The notes beneath the pieces were generated by a model. That model made no database searches, had not been told where the DNA came from, and saw nothing but the letters and a program-made list of their open reading frames with translations. A program made the position numbers and the translations under genes. From Opitutales bacterium (lineage in GTDB: Bacteria; Verrucomicrobiota; Verrucomicrobiia; Opitutales; UBA2987): a stretch of 64,000 nt of DNA. Positions 1 to 9,201 of this stretch are shown here, piece by piece (position 1 is the first letter of the stretch; every line of letters begins with the position of its first letter). The stretch spans positions 480,001-544,000 of the forward strand of contig CBDDEL010000013.1 of NCBI GenBank assembly GCA_965226885.1, written 5' to 3'.

Positions 1-1019
1 AAATTTCCCAGGCCGACCTGTTCATTAAGATTTTTGTTGGTGGACGCAATTATGCGCACATTGACTTTGTAGGGCCGGGTGGAGCCCAGAGGATCCGTTT
101 CCCCATATTCGATTACCCGCAATAATTTTGCTTGAATTTTTAAAGAGAGTTCCCCCAGCTCATCGAGCAGCAGGGTGCCCCCGTCAGCCAATTCGAATTT
201 CCCTTTTTGGCGCATGATGGCGCCTGTAAAAGCTCCTTTTTTGTGGCCGAACAACAGGCTCTCGGCCAGGGTTTCCGGGATGGAGGCACAATTGACGGTG
301 ATCAGGGGTTTGTCGGCTCGCTCGCTCATCCGGTGAATAAGCCGAGCCAGGACGTCCTTGCCAGTGCCTGTTTTGCCCTGGATAAGGATGGGGGAATCAT
401 GCCTGGCGAGGGCCGCGGCGGTGTTAAGCGCTTTGCGGAACAGTGGGTGGTCTCCAATGCAGCCGCACTCTCTTGCCACATCCTCCAATAGGGGTTCATA
501 CGGCTCAGCAGCAAATAGCTTTCGTCTTCTGAATCTTTCCACGGTGTCGGTCATGCGCATAGGAACTATCTCGAATAATTCCGGTTTTTCCTTTTCGGCA
601 ACCCGCCTGGGGTTTGAAAATACTGCATGGGCAGGTATTTTTTTATCATGAATCAGTTTATTCCAGCCTGCCTGTTCCTCCTCTGTTCCGGATCCGATAT
701 TAATAAAGTAATCCCCCTCAGGATTGGCTTTGTGGATTTTGCTAAAGTCATCGTATTGCCGTTTTATTATATCTGTTAATTTACTGGACTTGGGTTCGAG
801 TATAATCCTGGATTCGATCAATATTAATGGGAATAATTTCTCGATGGCATCTCGGGTTTCCAAGACAGTTGATCTTGTTTCCGATGTCTCCAGAAGAATG
901 ACCCGCTCTACTTTTATATTCTGCAATATAGCAAGAATAGGGCCAGGATGCTCGAACCCTTCCACCACACCGTGGATATAGGGATTATCCCTATCGGCGT
1001 TTGATATTAGTGTTTTCAA
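1..1019 (-). CDS. Sigma-54-dependent transcriptional activator (bEBP) with RtcR/CARF-like N-terminal domain; runs off left edge
   Basis: Not in ORF track. Manual translation from TTG at 1019 (GGAG upstream): MKTLISNADRDNPY...GPILAIL...YFINIGSGTEEEQAGW...ILIQGKTGTGKDVLA (Walker A)...ESLLFGHKKGAFTGA...GGTLLLDELGEL (Walker B)...RIIASTN; open to position 1. Confidence 0.92.
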   Translation of the reverse strand, partial: MKTLISNADRDNPYIHGVVEGFEHPGPILAILQNIKVERVILLETSETRSTVLETRDAIEKLFPLILIESRIILEPKSSKLTDIIKRQYDDFSKIHKANPEGDYFINIGSGTEEEQAGWNKLIHDKKIPAHAVFSNPRRVAEKEKPELFEIVPMRMTDTVERFRRRKLFAAEPYEPLLEDVARECGCIGDHPLFRKALNTAAALARHDSPILIQGKTGTGKDVLARLIHRMSERADKPLITVNCASIPETLAESLLFGHKKGAFTGAIMRQKGKFELADGGTLLLDELGELSLKIQAKLLRVIEYGETDPLGSTRPYKVNVRIIASTNKNLNEQVGLGN

Positions 1020-1172
1020 AATGCACTCCAATATTAAAGGGAAGTTTAAGAAGTTTAAAGCAAAATTTAAAAGGGACTAAAGAATTTTGCGTTCGGTCGG
1101 TTTTAAATGAATGATTTTCAAGCAAAACCTGATAAAATGCAATAATATCAAAAAATTCAATAAATCAAATAA

Positions 1173-1188
1173 TTGGCACAAATAATGC
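1173..1188 (+). promoter_or_regulatory. Sigma-54 (-24/-12) promoter
   Basis: TTGGCACAAATAATGC: GG(1175-76)-N10-GC(1187-88), 25 nt before ATG 1214, divergent from a bEBP; IHF-like AATCAAataaTTG at 1163-1175. Confidence 0.7.
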
Positions 1189-1459
1189 GCCATCATCTAG
1201 CCCAGGTTAGGCTATGCAATGGTTAGAATTATTTTTATTTTGTAATTTCGCGATTGGTTTTCTGGGGTTTACATTGCTCCGGATTGTCTTCAGCGACAAC
1301 CTCCTAAAAAGTATTGAAACGGCTCTTTTTGAGGACTATGGCGCTTCTCGAGAAAAGATAATTAATAAAAATTTCACCTTATTTTTGATTTTCGGAAGTT
1401 TTGGATTTTTTTTATTGCTTTGATGTGCACTGGAAAAAGTGGACACGAGATTCTCCTAA

Positions 1460-1771
1460 ATGGAGAATCGAAGCATGGGAAGAAGACGCTTTAGTATAGA
1501 GTTCAAAAATGAGGCAGTTCAACTGATGATACTCGATGGTCTGAGCGCCACCGAGGTATCGACCAAACTTGGGGTCAACACCAACCAATTGTATAGGTGG
1601 AAGAGGCTCTATCTGGACGATCAGCAGGGCGAAGCCACCTCAAAGCGACAGAGCAGTCCGAAGGAGATGGCGGCCGAGATAGATCGTCTTCGCAAAGAGC
1701 TGCGCCGCTCGGAGCGGATCAACCAGATACTAAAAAAAACGGTGGGCTACTTTGCCAAGGACGAACAATGA
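1460..1771 (+). CDS. IS3 transposase OrfA (HTH)
   Basis: RRRFSIEFKNEAV...LGVNTNQLYRW...EIDRLRKEL...ILKK. Confidence 0.93.
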   Translation: MENRSMGRRRFSIEFKNEAVQLMILDGLSATEVSTKLGVNTNQLYRWKRLYLDDQQGEATSKRQSSPKEMAAEIDRLRKELRRSERINQILKKTVGYFAKDEQ

Positions 1772-2685
1772 AGTACCAGTTTGTCAAAGACAACGAGGGG
1801 CGCTTCAAGATCGAGGAAATATGCTCGGCGATGGGGATTTGTCGCAGTGGCTATTACTGCTGGAGGCACCGAGCGCCCTCGGCCCGGCGGATCGAGGACG
1901 AGGGAATCAAGGGGGCGATCCTGAAGGTACACAAAGAGGCCAAGGGCCGCTATGGGCATCGGCCAATGCACCGCCATCTGAAGGATGATGAGGGCATCGA
2001 TTGCGGCCGTGACCGGGCTCTGCGTCTGATGCGTGAAATGGGAATCAAAAGCACCCAGAGTAAACGCTTTAAGCCATTAAAAACCAACAGTAACCATCCC
2101 TATGGTTACAGCCCCAATGTGCTTAAAAAGCATGGCCAGCCGACCCATATCGACGAGGTCTGGGTGGCGGACACGACCTACCTACGGACCCTGGCCGGTT
2201 GGATGTACTTGGCCACGGTGATGGACCTGTTCAGCCGACGCCTGCTGGGCTGGAGCGTTTCCAACCACAACGACGCGAAGCTGGTTGGCAAGGCCCTCAA
2301 AGCCGCGGCCATGACCCGCGGCACACTGCGCACCGGGATTATTCATCACAGCGATCGGGGCAGCCCCTACGCCAGCGACGACTATCAGAGGCTGGTCTCT
2401 GAACTAGGCATGAAGCCGAGCATGAGCGCCCAAGGCAACTGCTACGACAACGCGGCCATGGAATCGTTCTACGGCCGCTTCAAGACCAGCACGATTCGAG
2501 GCCGCCACTTTGCCGACGAGCGCGAACTGCGATCAACTGTCTTCGAATACGTGGAAATCTTCTACAACCGATATCGCAAACATTCCTCTCTGAGTTACCA
2601 AAGCCCAGTCCAATTCGAGGAAAATATTTGCCCCCCATGGGGGGCAACGAGAAAACAAAACCCTTTACCAAAACAAGCCGCCTGA
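1768..2685 (+). CDS. IS3 transposase OrfB (DDE/rve integrase core)
   Basis: WVADTTY, HHSDRGSPY, CYDNAAMESF; ATGA overlap with OrfA stop. Confidence 0.95.
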   Translation: MKYQFVKDNEGRFKIEEICSAMGICRSGYYCWRHRAPSARRIEDEGIKGAILKVHKEAKGRYGHRPMHRHLKDDEGIDCGRDRALRLMREMGIKSTQSKRFKPLKTNSNHPYGYSPNVLKKHGQPTHIDEVWVADTTYLRTLAGWMYLATVMDLFSRRLLGWSVSNHNDAKLVGKALKAAAMTRGTLRTGIIHHSDRGSPYASDDYQRLVSELGMKPSMSAQGNCYDNAAMESFYGRFKTSTIRGRHFADERELRSTVFEYVEIFYNRYRKHSSLSYQSPVQFEENICPPWGATRKQNPLPKQAA

Positions 2686-3094
2686 CACACTAATCAATAA
2701 ACAATGAATATAAGAGAATCCCGTGTCCAACAAATCCAGTACACGTCACTTAAATTGAACTATGACTTTCAACGGTGTGTTGGTTTATTGAACCGGGCTG
2801 CCATGAGGAGGAAAGGTCAATGCTTTCTTCGGTCTGACAAAACACCCTCATTGATTCTTAACCAATCCGGAAGAATCATCGAAAACAATAATAAAGGATG
2901 TCTTGATTTTGGACTTCAAAGAGCATCGACGATTGGCGTGCCCTTTTCCACTATTTGGAAAGGGGAAGGGCAGGCCAAAATATTTTCTTAATTAAAATCA
3001 TCATTCAAAAGGCAATTCGGCCAATATTTATTGAATTTGACTGTAGTAATAAAAAATCCAAAAACATATTATAATATTTTAAAAATAGTGATAA

Positions 3095-3187
3095 TTGCCA
3101 ATTCGCAATGAAAGCAGGGATTTGGATCGAATTATTAGAAAATACCTATTTTTAGCGATTATGAATGTTCATATGGGAAATCTCGGG
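3095..3187 (+). promoter_or_regulatory. Conserved non-coding leader, copy 1 (copy 2 at 19165-19255)
   Basis: Collinear shared blocks TTGmCA, CAATGwAAGCAG, TTGGATCGAAwTATTrGAA, TGAATGTTCATATGGGAAAwCTCG; ends at ATG 3188. Confidence 0.6.
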
Positions 3188-3559
3188 ATGTATAGTATTA
3201 TAGTGTTAGGCAAAGAAAAGAGGAGGAAGAAAAGATAACCAACGTAGATAAAGACAAAGAGGAACAACCGGGAGATGTAAAGCCAATTCCGGCGGAAAAG
3301 GTTGGAGAAGTACAGAAAAAGGAGGAGAAAGCCCTGCCTTCTTCGCCTTCAGTAATTCCACCGATAACCACGGTTGGACCATCTCAAACGTCACAAGTTC
3401 CGATCAAAATAATGATAGAAATTGCGGAGAACAAAAACTTAACGTTTGAGGATAAGAGAAATTTGATAGAGCACGCAACTCAACGATTCAAGAACAGAAG
3501 AAGGATGGCTTACATCGCTTTAGCAACAATTGTGGTTTCTATAGGTTTGTTGTTTCTAG

Positions 3560-5140
3560 CCCGGATATTTCGTAAAAAAAGTATCGTTGATATGCTTAAC
3601 TGCTGATATACAGAAGGATAGATCAATAATTAAAGCAATATCAGCGATGACAAAAGGTAAACAATTAAAGCTACAGTTGACAAGGGTAAAAGGCCGCCGT
3701 GTGCGGGTTGATTTCAAGGGCGGAGAGGTTACTTCGGATGCCGGACTGCTTTTGATCCGGGAAGTGGATCGGCAGTTGGGCTTGACCGAACGAGCGGCCC
3801 GACAGTTAGTGGACAAACGGCAGAAGGGCAAAGTACGCCATGAGGTATTGGGGATGCTGCGGCAGCGCGTTTACGGGCTGGTGGCGGGCTATGAGGATTT
3901 GAACGACTTTGATACCCTGCGCCACGATCCATTGTTGCAAACGGTAACGGGGCGCATTGAAACGTTGGCCAGCGCGCCGACTTTGTGTCGTTTTGAAAAC
4001 GGGCAGGATCGGCGGGCGGCCTTTGCGGTAAACGAGCTGTTGGTCGAACAGTTCATGGGCTCCTTTGCCGAGGAACCCGAAGAGATCATCCTGGACTTTG
4101 ACGGCACCGACAATCCGGTGCACGGGCTCCAGGAGGGACGTTTTTTCCACGGTTATTATGATCATTACTGTTTTCTGCCGCTATATGTTTTTTGCGGTGA
4201 TCAGCTGCTGGTGGCCTACCTGCGGCCGAGCAAGATCGATGCCAGCAAGCATGCCGGGGCCATCCTCAAATTGCTGGTTAAACGGATTCGCCAAAGCTGG
4301 CCCCGTACGCGGATTATTTGGCGCGCCGACAGTGGATTTTGTCGAGACCGGATACTCTCTTGGTGCGACCGCAACGAAGTTAGTTACATCGTGGGGATGG
4401 CTCGCAATGCACGCTTGCAGCAAGACGCCCAGCAGTTGCAAAAGCAGGCCAAAGAATGGTTCGAACTAAGGGGTAAAAAACAACGGTTATTCCAGGACTT
4501 CGTCTATGCTGCCGATTCGTGGCGATGGCTGCGGTTGGTCATCCATAAAGCCGAACACACCGCACAGGGGTCCAACCCGCGCTTCGTGGTGACGAACCTG
4601 CCGGGCGATCCCCAGGAGCTTTACGACAAGGTATACTGTGGCCGCGGTGAAATGGAGAACCGAATCAAGGAACAGATGCAATTGTTCAGCGAGCGCACCA
4701 GCGCCCATCAATGGTGGGCCAATCAGTGGCGATTGCTCTTGTCGGCGCTGGCCTACACCTTGATGGAAGCCATGCGCCGGTTAGCCTTAAAAGGGACGAA
4801 GTGGGCGCGGGCCCAATGCCACACCCTGCGGCTCAAATTAATCAAGATCGGAGCGGTCATCGTGCGCAACACCCGAACGATTCACTTTCACCTAAGTGAG
4901 AGTTATCCTTGGGCCAGTCTTTTCAACCATGCGGCCCGCCGATTGGTGCCAACCTAAAGGGTGCATTGGTGCTGCCCCCGGCACTACCGAACCAATGGGG
5001 GAAAGGGGGCAGTGTCTCTACACCCTGAAAAACACCTAAAAATCAAGACGATCTGCTCAAAATACAAAGAAATCCATCTCCAATAGCAATAACGAGCCAA
5101 ACTTTACGAGCCAAACTTTACCCTTCATGAAATATCCGGG
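3560..5140 (+). mobile_element. IS1380-family element, complete copy 1
   Basis: IRs CCCGGATATTTCGT / CCCGGATATTTCAT(rc); 4-bp TSD CTAG at 3556-3559 and 5141-5144. Confidence 0.96.
3647..4957 (+). CDS. IS1380-family DDE transposase
   Basis: FKGGEVTSDAGLLL, GYEDLND, LDFDxTD, HGLQEGRFFHGYY, RADSGF, RGEMENRIKE; ATG 3647 preferred to TTG 3587. Confidence 0.95.
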   Translation: MTKGKQLKLQLTRVKGRRVRVDFKGGEVTSDAGLLLIREVDRQLGLTERAARQLVDKRQKGKVRHEVLGMLRQRVYGLVAGYEDLNDFDTLRHDPLLQTVTGRIETLASAPTLCRFENGQDRRAAFAVNELLVEQFMGSFAEEPEEIILDFDGTDNPVHGLQEGRFFHGYYDHYCFLPLYVFCGDQLLVAYLRPSKIDASKHAGAILKLLVKRIRQSWPRTRIIWRADSGFCRDRILSWCDRNEVSYIVGMARNARLQQDAQQLQKQAKEWFELRGKKQRLFQDFVYAADSWRWLRLVIHKAEHTAQGSNPRFVVTNLPGDPQELYDKVYCGRGEMENRIKEQMQLFSERTSAHQWWANQWRLLLSALAYTLMEAMRRLALKGTKWARAQCHTLRLKLIKIGAVIVRNTRTIHFHLSESYPWASLFNHAARRLVPT

Positions 5141-5679
5141 CTAGGTGCCTTTTTCGATGGATACTTTTTTGGGTAGTGTATTAAGTAGGAATGGTGGCTA
5201 ATTCTTGATTATATTGATGAATGAAAAGTCTCAGACAGGTTTCATGCATACTCTTAAGCTTGGAAAAGGAGAGGGTTTTGCGTGTGAAACGACCCAGTCG
5301 TTGGCGCAGGGTATTGTTCCATCGTTCCACATGGGCCGTTTCACCGGTTTCTTTTCCCACGGATCGGTTATGAGGAAAGACGGGAGTGTATAAAAAAAGA
5401 ATGTTATTTTGTATTTTTAGCTGTACAAATAGCGTTAGGCAGTTTATTCTTAGTGCATGGTTACTAAAATTATTAATTGTCGGCACTGTGGAAGTGAAAA
5501 TATCATTAAATTTGGCAAGACGCCCAACCATAAACAGCGCTACCGCTGCCATGATTGTGGTAAACAAAGCCGCGAAAACCCCACAGTGAAATACACCGAA
5601 GAGCAAAAAGAAATGGGTAGTGTTAACATTTTGAATGTTTAAGCTGTACTTTTTAGCGTGATTATGTTGTGAACTGGGA

Positions 5680-5943
5680 ATGGTCCATATCACAGTAAAA
5701 TGTCCTCAATGCGGAAGCGATCACATCATCAAGCACGGCAAGGATCCGAAAGGGGTTCAGAAGTATCGATGCAAGGGGTGTGGTTATCAGTTTCGGCTTC
5801 ACCCCAAAAGTCGTGAGCATCCTCCGGCGCTGGTCAAGCAGGTGCTCCGTGCGCACCAAAACCGGATGAGCCTGCGTGCCATTTACCGTACCTTCGGGGT
5901 AGCCCCAAAGACGGTCATCGAATGGATTAAAAAAAAGTCCTGA
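5680..5943 (+). CDS. IS1 InsA-like (Zn ribbon + HTH)
   Basis: CPQCGS...KHG...[20 protein letters not shown]; ends near an A-run slippery site. Confidence 0.9.
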   Translation: MVHITVKCPQCGSDHIIKHGKDPKGVQKYRCKGCGYQFRLHPKSREHPPALVKQVLRAHQNRMSLRAIYRTFGVAPKTVIEWIKKKS

Positions 5944-5945
5944 GT

Positions 5946-6404
5946 TTGCCGAAGCTGGAGTCCACTCTGCTTGCCCGCCAGTGTAGTGATGTGCTGGAAC
6001 TGGACGAGGTGTGGTCATTCTGGGGCGATAAGCGTTCGGGGCAGGTATGGCTATGGGTAGCCTTGTGTCGACGTACCCGACAGGTCGTCGGGTTTTCTCT
6101 GGGTGATCGTAGCGATCAAACGTGCTGGCAGTTGTATCACAACATCGCCCAGCCCTATCGCGACTGTGCCACCGTAAGCGATTACTGGGAAAGCTACGAC
6201 AAGGTTTTCCCTCACAACAGCGCCAGCGGGAAACAATCCGGCCAAACCGCCCATATCGAACGCTGGAACAATACCTTGCGACAGTCCCTGTCACGCTATG
6301 TGCGTAAAACGCTGTCATTCTCGAAGTCTTTGGTCATGCATTTTCGCGTCCTGTGCTTGTTCATCTGGGAATACAACAGCAATATCAAACATTCGTCATG
6401 TTAA
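5946..6404 (+). CDS. IS1 InsB-like DDE domain (probably expressed by frameshift)
   Basis: [43 protein letters not shown]. Confidence 0.9.
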   Translation: MPKLESTLLARQCSDVLELDEVWSFWGDKRSGQVWLWVALCRRTRQVVGFSLGDRSDQTCWQLYHNIAQPYRDCATVSDYWESYDKVFPHNSASGKQSGQTAHIERWNNTLRQSLSRYVRKTLSFSKSLVMHFRVLCLFIWEYNSNIKHSSC

Positions 6405-7634
6405 CACTACCAAGAAATGATCCTTCGAGTCTATCAGGAACGCAGCAGTCTACGCGGTTTACAGCGCGCCTTCGGGGTGAGTCCCAACACCGTTTTGAGT
6501 TGGTTAAAAAAAACGACAATCGCTACGACCGCTCAAAAGCACGATTCTTGCGGCCCGCCGCCATGATGTCATTGAACTGGACGAACTGTGATCTTTTGTG
6601 GGGCGCAAGAGCGATGCCCAATGGGTTTGGATCGCTCTTTGCCGACGCACCCGTCAAATCCTCTCCTATGCCATTGGGCCTCGGGATTGGTATCGTTGCC
6701 GGGAACTTTACGAGCGTCTGCCACGGGCCTACAAAAGATGTGCCACCTACAGCGACTTTTGGAGCACTTATGATGAAGTCTTTCCTCATAACCGATCCGT
6801 GGGAAAAGAAACCGGTGAAACGGCCCATGTGGAACGATGGAACAATACCCTGCGCCAACGACTGGGTCGTTTCACACGCAAAACCCTCTCCTTTTCCAAG
6901 CTTAAGAGTATGCATGAAACCTGTCTGAGACTTTTCATTCATCAATATAATCAAGAATTAGCCACCATTCCTACTTAATATACTACCGGAAAGACTTCAT
7001 CATAAGTGCTCCAAAAGTCGCTGTAGGTGGCACATCTTTTGTAGGCCCGTGGCAGACGCTCGTAAAGTTCCCGGCAACGATACCAATCCCGAGGCCCAAT
7101 GGCATAGGAGAGGATTTGACGGGTGCGTCGGCAAAGAGCGATCCAAACCCATTGGGCATCGCTCTTGCGCCCCACAAAAGACCACAGTTCGTCCAGTTCA
7201 ATGACATCATGGCGGCGGGCCGCAAGAATCGTGCTTTTGAGCGGTCGCAGCGATTGTCGTTTTTTTTAACCAACTCAAAACGGTGTTGGGACTCACCCCG
7301 AAGGCGCGCTGTAAACCGCGTAGACTGCTGCGTTCCTGATAGACTCGAAGGATCATTTCTTTTTGCTCTTCGGTGTATTTCACTGTGGGGTTTTCGCGGC
7401 TTTGTTTACCACAATCATGGCAGCGGTAGCGCTGTTTATGGTTGGGCGTCTTGCCAAATTTAATGATATTTTCACTTCCACAGTGCCGACAATTAATAAT
7501 TTTAGTAACCATGCACTAAGAATAAACTGCCTAACGCTATTTGTACAGCTAAAAATACAAAATAACATTCTTTTTTTATACACTACCCTTTTTTGCAGCT
7601 TGTCCAGAGAAACATTCGTGTAAAGGCGTGCTAG

Positions 7635-9201
7635 CCCGGATATTTCATGAAGGGTAAAGTTTGGCTCGTTATTGCTATTGGAGATGGATTTCTTTGTATT
7701 TTGAGCAGATCGTCTTGATTTTTAGGTGTTTTTCAGGGTGTAGAGACACTGCCCCCTTTCCCCCATTGGTTCGGTAGTGCCGGGGGCAGCACCAATGCAC
7801 CCTTTAGGTTGGCACCAATCGGCGGGCCGCATGGTTGAAAAGACTGGCCCAAGGATAACTCTCACTTAGGTGAAAGTGAATCGTTCGGGTGTTGCGCACG
7901 ATGACCGCTCCGATCTTGATTAATTTGAGCCGCAGGGTGTGCCATTGGGCCCGCGGCCACTTCGTCCCTTTTAAGGCTAACCGGCGCATGGCTTCCATCA
8001 AGGTGTAGGCCAGCGCCGACAAGAGCAATCGCCACTGATTGGCCCACCATTGATGGGCGCTGGTGCGCTCGCTGAACAATTGCATCTGTTCCTTGATTCG
8101 GTTCTCCATTTCACCGCGGCCACAGTATACCTTGTCGTAAAGCTCCTGGGGATCGCCCGGCAGGTTCGTCACCACGAAGCGCGGGTTGGACCCCTGTGCG
8201 GTGTGTTCGGCTTTATGGATGACCAACCGCAGCCATCGCCACGAATCGGCAGCATAGACGAAGTCCTGGAATAACCGTTGTTTTTTACCCCTTAGTTCGA
8301 ACCATTCTTTGGCCTGCTTTTGCAACTGCTGGGCGTCTTGCTGCAAGCGTGCATTGCGAGCCATCCCCACGATGTAACTAACTTCGTTGCGGTCGCACCA
8401 AGAGAGTATCCGGTCTCGACAAAATCCACTGTCGGCGCGCCAAATAATCCGCGTACGGGGCCAGCTTTGGCGAATCCGTTTAACCAGCAATTTGAGGATG
8501 GCCCCGGCATGCTTGCTGGCATCGATCTTGCTCGGCCGCAGGTAGGCCACCAGCAGCTGATCACCGCAAAAAACATATAGCGGCAGAAAACAGTAATGAT
8601 CATAATAACCGTGGAAAAAACGTCCCTCCTGGAGCCCGTGCACCGGATTGTCGGTGGCGTCAAAGTCCAGGATGATCTCTTCGGGTTCCTCGGCAAAGGA
8701 GCCCATGAACTGTTCGACCAACAGCTCGTTTACCGCAAAGGCCGCCCGCCGATCCTGCCCGTTTTCAAAACGACACAAAGTCGGCGCGCTGGCCAACGTT
8801 TCAATGCGCCCCGTTACCGTTTGCAACAATGGATCGTGGCGCAGGGTATCAAAGTCGTTCAAATCCTCATAGCCCGCCACCAGCCCGTAAACGCGCTGCC
8901 GCAGCATCCCCAATACCTCATGGCGTACTTTGCCCTTCTGCCGTTTGTCCACTAACTGTCGGGCCGCTCGTTCGGTCAAGCCCAACTGCCGATCCACTTC
9001 CCGGATCAAAAGCAGTCCGGCATCCGAAGTAACCTCTCCGCCCTTGAAATCAACCCGCACACGGCGGCCTTTTACCCTTGTCAACTGTAGCTTTAATTGT
9101 TTACCTTTTGTCATCGCTGATATTGCTTTAATTATTGATCTATCCTGCTGTATATCAGCAGTTAAGCATATCAACGATACTTTTTTTACGAAATATCCGG
9201 G
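7635..9201 (-). mobile_element. IS1380-family element, complete copy 2
   Basis: Both IRs present; flanks CTAG / ATAG do not match; sits inside a remnant of another IS1380. Confidence 0.94.
7804..9114 (-). CDS. IS1380-family transposase
   Basis: Near-identical to 3647-4957; the 613-aa track ORF is a chimeric over-extension. Confidence 0.92.
   Translation of the reverse strand: MTKGKQLKLQLTRVKGRRVRVDFKGGEVTSDAGLLLIREVDRQLGLTERAARQLVDKRQKGKVRHEVLGMLRQRVYGLVAGYEDLNDFDTLRHDPLLQTVTGRIETLASAPTLCRFENGQDRRAAFAVNELLVEQFMGSFAEEPEEIILDFDATDNPVHGLQEGRFFHGYYDHYCFLPLYVFCGDQLLVAYLRPSKIDASKHAGAILKLLVKRIRQSWPRTRIIWRADSGFCRDRILSWCDRNEVSYIVGMARNARLQQDAQQLQKQAKEWFELRGKKQRLFQDFVYAADSWRWLRLVIHKAEHTAQGSNPRFVVTNLPGDPQELYDKVYCGRGEMENRIKEQMQLFSERTSAHQWWANQWRLLLSALAYTLMEAMRRLALKGTKWPRAQWHTLRLKLIKIGAVIVRNTRTIHFHLSESYPWASLFNHAARRLVPT

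Larger units (their letters stand above)
1421..2748 (+). mobile_element. IS3-family element type A, complete (1328 bp)
   Basis: TG...CA ends; IRL TGATGTGCACTGGAAAAAGTGGACACGAGATTCTC vs IRR (rc) TGACGTGTACTGGATTTGTTGGACACGGGATTCTC; 3-bp TSD CTT; A8C slippery site 1732-1740. Confidence 0.97.
1214..2991 (+). pseudogene. Membrane protein with two TM segments and a PAS-like start, split by IS3 (1214-1420 + 2752-2991)
   Basis: Removing IS 1421-2748 and one CTT joins ...FFLLL to KLNYDFQR...DKTPSLILNQSGRIIENN... in frame; PAS call is by eye. Confidence 0.65.
5616..6411 (+). mobile_element. IS1-family type B, complete innermost copy (796 bp)
   Basis: 25-bp IR GGTAGTGTTAACATnnnGAATGTTT; 8-bp TSD AAGAAATG at 5608-5615 and 6412-6419. 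Confidence 0.95.
5382..6987 (+). mobile_element. IS1-family type A, middle copy (interrupted by IS1 type B)
   Basis: 8-bp TSD GGAAAGAC at 5374-5381 and 6988-6995; one mismatch in each IR; net length 802 bp. Confidence 0.93.
5172..7587 (-). mobile_element. IS1-family type A (802 bp net), outer copy carrying two nested IS1 elements
   Basis: GGTAGTGTAT ends; 8-bp TSD CTTTTTTG at 5164-5171 and 7588-7595; InsA 7207-7512; InsB split at 5381/6988. Confidence 0.93.
3188..7634 (+). pseudogene. Hypothetical membrane protein shattered by IS1380 and nested IS1 insertions
   Basis: Pieces 3188-3559, 5145-5171 and 7596-7634 rejoin in frame after TSD removal: ...RFKNRRRMAYIALATIVVSIGLLFL-GAFFDGYFF-AACPEKHSCKGVL; an 8-bp insertion at 3197-3204 frameshifts the 5' end. 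Confidence 0.7.

Noticed and set aside
4964..5013. Calling the IS1380 3' structure an HDV-like ribozyme
   Set aside because: Lacks the catalytic C, P4 and the canonical L3/P1.1; kept only as a possible pseudoknot
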